Origin: Candidatus Babelota bacterium
GTDB lineage: Bacteria > Babelota > Babeliae > Babelales > Vermiphilaceae
Direction of reading: 5' to 3'
NCBI GenBank assembly: GCA_039809905.1
Contig: JBDHVY010000001.1
Location: forward strand, 60,001-92,000
Length of the DNA stretch: 32,000 nucleotides
Positions within the stretch are counted from its first letter, which is position 1. Every line of letters begins with the position of its first letter. Under the pieces are notes generated by a model that did no database searches, was not told where the DNA came from, and saw only the letters and a program-made list of their open reading frames with translations. Shown here piece by piece: positions 26,496 through 32,000 of the stretch. The position numbers and the translations under genes were made by a program.

Positions 26496-27818
26496 ATGTC
26501 AGCACAAAGACCAACCTTAGACGATATCGTTGCACTCTGCAAAAGACGTGGTTTTGTATTCCAGTCATCAGAAATTTATGGCGGCCTGAATGGGGTATAT
26601 GATTTTGGTCCATTGGGCACCTTGCTTAAAAATAATATTAGAAACGCATGGTCAAAATCTATCAAATCTCCCGATAAAACGATGTTTTTTTTAGAAGGAT
26701 CTTTACTTGGACCAGAAGCGATCTGGAAAGCATCAGGCCATGTTGATAATTTTCATGACCCTATGATTGATTGCATGAATTGCAAAAAACGATTCCGTGC
26801 TGATGATCCTGATATTGATATAACTGGACCATGTCCTCATTGCGGTAAAAAAGCATGGACTGAAGTACGCCAGTTTAACATGATGTTTAAAACACAACTT
26901 GGTGCTATTGCAGATCATAGCGCAGTTGCATATCTCAGACCAGAAACCGCGCAAGCAATTTTTATTAATTTTAAAAATGTTATGTCATCGAACCGCGTTA
27001 AAATACCGTTTGGTATTGCACAAATTGGTAAATCATTTCGTAATGAAATTACGCCAAAACAATTTTTATTCCGCATGCGTGAATTTGAACAAATGGAAAT
27101 GGAATGGTTTTGTACTCCAGAAAGTTCCAATGATTGGTTCGACTATTGGAAAGAAAAACGCCTCGCGTTTTATGCATCTATTGGGCTCACTATTGATCGC
27201 ATTCGCTTGCGCCCTCATGAAAAAGATGAGCTTTCCCATTATTCATCACAAACAAGTGATGTAGAATACGAATATCCATTTGGTTGGAAAGAATTGGAAG
27301 GCATTGCACACCGCGGTGATTACGACTTATCACAACATATCAAACATTCTGGTAAAGATTTATCAGTGTTTGATGAAGAAACACAAAAATCATTCATACC
27401 TAACGTTATTGAATGTTCTGTTGGTACTGATCGACTTTTCTTAACTGTACTTTTTGATGCATATACTATTGATACACTGGGTGGTGAAGAACGCACCGTC
27501 CTCAAATTGCATCCCATCATTGCACCAGTTAAAGCAGCATTTTTACCGCTTGTTAAAAAATTAAGCGGAAATATGCATGAACTTTATGCACGTATCGCTG
27601 AACTTGGATATTCAGTGGAATTTGATGAATCAGGATCAATTGGAAAACGTTATCGCCGACACGATGAAATTGGTACACCTATCTGTTTTACGTATGATTT
27701 TGATAGTTTAGATGATAATTGTGTCACCGTTCGTGATCGCGATACACTCAAACAAGAACGTATAAGTATCGAAAAAGTTGAATTATATATTTCTAACATG
27801 TTAAAACCTAAATTATAG
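26496..27818 (+). CDS. glyS: Glycyl-tRNA synthetase, class II homodimeric type
   Basis: Class II motifs [73 protein letters not shown], anticodon-binding domain IIAPVKAAFLPLV. Confidence 0.95.
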   Translation: MSAQRPTLDDIVALCKRRGFVFQSSEIYGGLNGVYDFGPLGTLLKNNIRNAWSKSIKSPDKTMFFLEGSLLGPEAIWKASGHVDNFHDPMIDCMNCKKRFRADDPDIDITGPCPHCGKKAWTEVRQFNMMFKTQLGAIADHSAVAYLRPETAQAIFINFKNVMSSNRVKIPFGIAQIGKSFRNEITPKQFLFRMREFEQMEMEWFCTPESSNDWFDYWKEKRLAFYASIGLTIDRIRLRPHEKDELSHYSSQTSDVEYEYPFGWKELEGIAHRGDYDLSQHIKHSGKDLSVFDEETQKSFIPNVIECSVGTDRLFLTVLFDAYTIDTLGGEERTVLKLHPIIAPVKAAFLPLVKKLSGNMHELYARIAELGYSVEFDESGSIGKRYRRHDEIGTPICFTYDFDSLDDNCVTVRDRDTLKQERISIEKVELYISNMLKPKL

Positions 27819-27846
27819 AATCTTTAAATTAATTTTTACAAAGGGT

Positions 27847-27872
27847 CCCCAGCACAAAATACTGTGCTGGGG
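27847..27872. terminator. Hairpin between glyS and trkH (terminator-like or attenuator)
   Basis: ccccagcaca aaatac tgtgctgggg, perfect 10-bp stem, no long T tract. Confidence 0.5.
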
Positions 27873-27880
27873 TCAAATAT

Positions 27881-29236
27881 ATGAGTAAGAACAAAATAAT
27901 TGACATATCACCCGCGCATATTATTATTTTTTCATTTTTTATTCTTATTATGCTCGGCACTTTATTGCTTGCATTGCCCATGGCACATGTTAAGCCAATG
28001 GCATTTATTGACCTTCTTTTCACCTCAACATCTGCAACCTGTGTAACAGGACTTTTTACTATACCTCTCAATAATTTTACTTTTTTTGGCAAAGCAGTCA
28101 TTTTAGGCCTTATTCAAATAGGTGCTCTTGGACTTGCAACAATGAGTCTTTTTATTATTTCATTATTTATTGATCTCGGCCTTGGTACACGATTTATGGC
28201 GGGCCAGCTTTTTGAGCTTGATTCATGGGAAAATATAAAAAAAATGCTCATCTTTACATTCGGCTCAACATTCACGCTCGAAATATTAGGAGCCTTAAGT
28301 TTTTTTTCTATTTTTAAAACAGAATATCCATTACACAATGCGATTTTTTATTCTTTCTTTCATTCAATATCAGCTTTTTGCAATGCAGGAATATCGTTCT
28401 TTCATTTTTTGACTAAACAAAACTTACAGCAATATAGCACTAACTATATATTTCTTATCACAACAACGTTATTAACTTTTTTTGGAGGATTAGGATTTAT
28501 TACCTGGCATGAAATTATGGTACGCATACGTTCATATGTTCTTTCAAAAAAACAGCGCCGCTTCTCTCTTCACAGCAAAATCATTTTATATGGAACAATA
28601 ACATTATTAGTAGGAGCAACTATTATATTTTTGCTTCTTGAAAATGATAATACATTACAACATTTATCTATCTCTTTAAAATTTACTAATGCTCTTTTTC
28701 ATGCAGTATCATTTAAAAGTTGTGGATTTGTTCTCGCTCAATTAACCGATTTTCATACCGCAACTATTTTCTTTATCATGATTATTGGTCTTATTGGATC
28801 AGCACCTGGATCAACAGGAAGCGGTATGAAAATTACTACGATTATGCTCTTTTTAAGCACTATTAGAGCTACCATCAATGGACGGTCTACCGTTGATATT
28901 TTTGAACGAGAAATACCCATTGATCAAATATATAAAGTCATTGCGATTATTTCGCTCAGTATCGGTTGGATTTTATTCACCACATTTTGTTTGCTCATTA
29001 CCGAAAATAATTGGAATTTTTTAGATGTATTTTTTGAAACAATTTCTGCATTTAGCAATGTTGGTTTTTCACTCAAAGGCACAGAACAATTGTCTGATAT
29101 TGGCAAAGTATTAATTATGATCACGATGTTCATTGGGCGAATTGGTTCACTTACCTTTATTTTGGGGCTTAAATTAAAAGCACGAAAAGAAACTGTTGAA
29201 TATTCTTATCCTGAAGAACGGGTAATGTTAGGGTAA
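27881..29236 (+). CDS. trkH: TrkH/KtrB family potassium uptake membrane subunit
   Basis: Multi-TM; FTSTSATCVTGLFTI, FHSISAFCNAGISFF, GLIGSAPGSTGSGMKITTIMLF, FFETISAFSNVGFS selectivity-filter-type repeats. Confidence 0.92.
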   Translation: MSKNKIIDISPAHIIIFSFFILIMLGTLLLALPMAHVKPMAFIDLLFTSTSATCVTGLFTIPLNNFTFFGKAVILGLIQIGALGLATMSLFIISLFIDLGLGTRFMAGQLFELDSWENIKKMLIFTFGSTFTLEILGALSFFSIFKTEYPLHNAIFYSFFHSISAFCNAGISFFHFLTKQNLQQYSTNYIFLITTTLLTFFGGLGFITWHEIMVRIRSYVLSKKQRRFSLHSKIILYGTITLLVGATIIFLLLENDNTLQHLSISLKFTNALFHAVSFKSCGFVLAQLTDFHTATIFFIMIIGLIGSAPGSTGSGMKITTIMLFLSTIRATINGRSTVDIFEREIPIDQIYKVIAIISLSIGWILFTTFCLLITENNWNFLDVFFETISAFSNVGFSLKGTEQLSDIGKVLIMITMFIGRIGSLTFILGLKLKARKETVEYSYPEERVMLG

Positions 29237-29272
29237 TAACCCCCCAATTAAAAAAATTAAGAGGAAATTAAA

Positions 29273-29914
29273 ATGAAATTTTGTGTTATTGGACTTGGAA
29301 GATTTGGCTATCAGGTAGCAACAGTATTATCAGAAAATGGTATGGAAGTTCTTGCTATTGATAGCGATGAATCGATTGTTGCTTCTATTCGTGATTCAGT
29401 TGCTCATGCAATCGTCATGGATGTAAGTGATGAAGCATCACTGCGCAGTATTGGCGTTGATGAAATTGATACCGTTATTGTTGCAATGGGTGAAGATAGC
29501 ACACAATCAATCCTTATTACTGCATTGCTCAAAAAACATCTTAAAACACCGTATGTTATTACGCGTGCAATTGATGAATTAAATAAAGAAATTCTCACGC
29601 TTGTTGGAGCAGATCGTGTTATTTTACCAGAAAAAGAAATCGGCATTCGTCTTGCCGATAACCTCAGCTCACCATTTATGGATGTTACCCGACTAGCCAA
29701 AAATTTTTATATAACCAATATCACCACACCACAACAATTTATTGGCAAAAGTATCCAAGAATTAGATTTTTTCAATAATTATGATGTCCACTGTATTGGT
29801 AAAAAAGAAGAAGAAAAAATTACACCAATCGGATCTGATTATATTATTAAAGAACTTGATAAACTTGTTTTTGCCGGACCAAATAAAAATTTGGAAAAAT
29901 TGGCTAAGTTATAA
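29273..29914 (+). CDS. trkA: TrkA/KtrA family NAD-binding potassium uptake regulatory subunit
   Basis: MKFCVIGLGRFGYQVATVLSENGMEVLAIDSDE (RCK N), VIVAMGEDSTQSILITALLK, RVILPEKEIGIRLA; C-terminal RCK_C-like domain. Confidence 0.92.
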   Translation: MKFCVIGLGRFGYQVATVLSENGMEVLAIDSDESIVASIRDSVAHAIVMDVSDEASLRSIGVDEIDTVIVAMGEDSTQSILITALLKKHLKTPYVITRAIDELNKEILTLVGADRVILPEKEIGIRLADNLSSPFMDVTRLAKNFYITNITTPQQFIGKSIQELDFFNNYDVHCIGKKEEEKITPIGSDYIIKELDKLVFAGPNKNLEKLAKL

Positions 29915-29926
29915 GTTCTCCAAAAA

Positions 29927-31891
29927 TTAATGTATTCCAAAAGGGAAACATGTTTTCATAAATTGCTTGAATGAGGAATTTTCTTTATTATTTGCCCATT
30001 CTTTAAGCATAGCTCTGATTGGATCTGATTCAGTCAGAAGCAAATCCTTCTTACTTACCATTTCTTGTATTAATCGCGATATAAGTGCCATTGTACCAAG
30101 ATCTTTACAGGCAAGCTGTTTAAATATTCTTATACAATGTTCAGTTTTCTGACAGGTAAGAGATATTTTATGAGATCTTTTGTATCTATCAAAAAATAAA
30201 AGATCTTGAGAGTCATGCGAAAATCCAACACCCATAACATCACTATATGCTGTATCAATAGATGTTATTTGTTCTTGACTGCAAAGATCTGTAATAAAAG
30301 TTCTCATATAGAGTTTTCCCAGATTCTTAATCAATCTATTGATCATCATAAATCTACCATTGGGACTATATATGCGCGAACATTCACCATCAGACTGAGA
30401 TGATAAATAATGTTCAACAGCACCCACAATTTTATCCCATATCCCTTCTGTTTTTTCTTGTTCACAAGGTTTTGGTAATTTAAAAGGAGCATCACTCACA
30501 CACCATGTTAAAAAGCGTCTACCTTTTATGTGGTCACCAGCTCGCATTAAACATATATTGTGCTTATGTGACTCATGAAAGTTAGGATTGCAAAATTTTA
30601 ACCAATAATATTGTACAGCTCCTGTTTCGTTATATATGATTTGCGCGCTTACCTCATTGGAAACAGCAAAAGCAACCATCAAACCATGTTTGCCCGTATG
30701 CCACTCGAAATCACTTGAAAAAAATGTACTATTATTACAAGGCAAAAGATGATCTGCTTGTCCCCATTCTTTAAATTGATACCAATTGATCTGCTCCCAA
30801 AGATTATTTGAATTCAATTCATATACACATGAAGTATAACCTTCATAGGTAAGAATATATAAGACTCCTTCTTCACTAAAACACGCATGTACCATTTCTC
30901 CGGGAACAGTAAGCGATCGCGGATTTATGGTAAAAATTCCCGCATCATCCCTTCTTATATTAGAAACAATTAGATCCTTATCCGAGTAGGTAACAAAGTA
31001 TTGAAGATTTTGATCTCTTTGTATAGAACAATATCCTTTAATTTTATCTTTATGCTGAATAAACTGACAAGCTACACTTTTTCCAGTACTATGATCAATA
31101 ACATCCAGATAACAAAAGTTATCCAACAGATCTTGCGTCATATCTTGTGATTTTAATTTTTCACCGTCAGTCATTCTTGTTTCATATTGATGAGAAAAAA
31201 AAGCATTTCCATATGTTTTATAAAATGCTTTTTCAATCGGCAGTGGAATTTGAGACAAAGGAAGATTATGGCTCGATGAACCCATAAAATACGTAGCCCT
31301 CCAATTTAATGAAGAATCAAGATCTCCTGAAAAACATTTTTTTGTGTTTAATCCTAAAAAAATGTCTGTCTTTATACACTTGCCCAGACAAAAATTAACT
31401 ATATGATTTTCTTCTTTCTTTGTCTCGTCCACCATTAATGATTTTATTTTTTCGACAATATCGGTAGGCAAACTTACCTGCAGTAAGCGCTTCATAAGAT
31501 CTGAAGAATACAAGCGTCTTTTTGTACCAGAAATATACCAACTTGCTGACTCAGAAAGAAGAGAACGATCTCTTTGATCAAGTTTTTCAAAATAATTTTT
31601 AAATGTATCCGGACGAGCATCAAGAGCACCATTAACCACTTTTATGTGTTCAATAGAAATTCCTTGGGGCAAAATAATAGATTCTGGTCGCTTTTTACCT
31701 GCTTTAGAAGCTGTATATATTTGTTGCATAGCAGATACCATAGCTACGGGGATAAACGGAATATTTTTTTTTGGTATTTCAACAATCCCATCACCTGCCT
31801 TGAATTTAACGACAGTATATTTATCCATAGATATACTTGGTATAGAAATGATACACAATATTAAATTCATTACACCAAACAATTTATTCAC
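29927..31891 (-). CDS. Secreted hypothetical protein with WD40/beta-propeller-like repeats
   Basis: 654 aa; signal-like MNKLFGVMNLILCIISIPSIS; repeats such as GVLYILTYEGYTSCVYELN, IYSPNGRFMMINRLIK, GVGFSHDSQDLLFFDRYKRSHKISL. Confidence 0.65.
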   Translation of the reverse strand: MNKLFGVMNLILCIISIPSISMDKYTVVKFKAGDGIVEIPKKNIPFIPVAMVSAMQQIYTASKAGKKRPESIILPQGISIEHIKVVNGALDARPDTFKNYFEKLDQRDRSLLSESASWYISGTKRRLYSSDLMKRLLQVSLPTDIVEKIKSLMVDETKKEENHIVNFCLGKCIKTDIFLGLNTKKCFSGDLDSSLNWRATYFMGSSSHNLPLSQIPLPIEKAFYKTYGNAFFSHQYETRMTDGEKLKSQDMTQDLLDNFCYLDVIDHSTGKSVACQFIQHKDKIKGYCSIQRDQNLQYFVTYSDKDLIVSNIRRDDAGIFTINPRSLTVPGEMVHACFSEEGVLYILTYEGYTSCVYELNSNNLWEQINWYQFKEWGQADHLLPCNNSTFFSSDFEWHTGKHGLMVAFAVSNEVSAQIIYNETGAVQYYWLKFCNPNFHESHKHNICLMRAGDHIKGRRFLTWCVSDAPFKLPKPCEQEKTEGIWDKIVGAVEHYLSSQSDGECSRIYSPNGRFMMINRLIKNLGKLYMRTFITDLCSQEQITSIDTAYSDVMGVGFSHDSQDLLFFDRYKRSHKISLTCQKTEHCIRIFKQLACKDLGTMALISRLIQEMVSKKDLLLTESDPIRAMLKEWANNKENSSFKQFMKTCFPFGIH

Positions 31892-32000
31892 CCATACTCC
31901 TCTTTTTGCTCATGATGAAAAGGTCTATCTATTCCTCTGCTGATAATCGATCACATCATAACAAAAAAAATAGTACTTACAAAAAAAGGAACTCTTTTCA

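Noticed and set aside
26899-27264. 121-aa plus-strand ORF in another frame of glyS
   Set aside because: Overlaps conserved class II synthetase motifs in the correct frame; likely chance ORF.
27829-28101. 90-aa antisense ORF over the start of trkH
   Set aside because: Opposite a conserved membrane protein gene; also 28114-28338, 28924-29133 and 29404-29700.

Overview
The window looks like a gene-dense stretch of a host-associated bacterium. Many predicted proteins are small and secreted, there are ankyrin proteins, and A/T-rich spacers carry dispersed repeats. A Dependentiae/TM6-like origin is inferred from gene style only. Housekeeping or recognisable genes are: a partial SxxK serine hydrolase, two tRNA-Arg genes, tlyA, a PI-PLC-like protein, a GMC oxidoreductase, PEP synthase with an apparent signal peptide, an HtrA/DegP-like protease, glycyl-tRNA synthetase and trkH/trkA. 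The most notable region is about 18.8-26.5 kb. It holds a secreted AAA+ ATPase-like protein, a secreted coiled-coil protein whose C-terminus closely resembles the colicin E3-type 16S rRNase domain (WDxxHxxxE...HIGSIDPKT...KGP), and then an array of small immunity-like genes. That array has three copies of a Cys4 CPWC protein, an intact and a frameshifted copy of a second family, two copies of a third family and one singleton. At least three orphan fragments of the toxin 3' end lie among them. The array is bracketed by a direct repeat of the first 182 bp of glyS (19019-19200 and 26496-26677, 1 mismatch). This resembles an island inserted at, or duplicated from, the glyS 5' end. A possible second toxin/partner pair (859-3497), a secreted-protein pseudogene with two frameshifts, a repeat-interrupted tRNA, tandem tRNA 5'-end fragments and a MITE-like element are also present.
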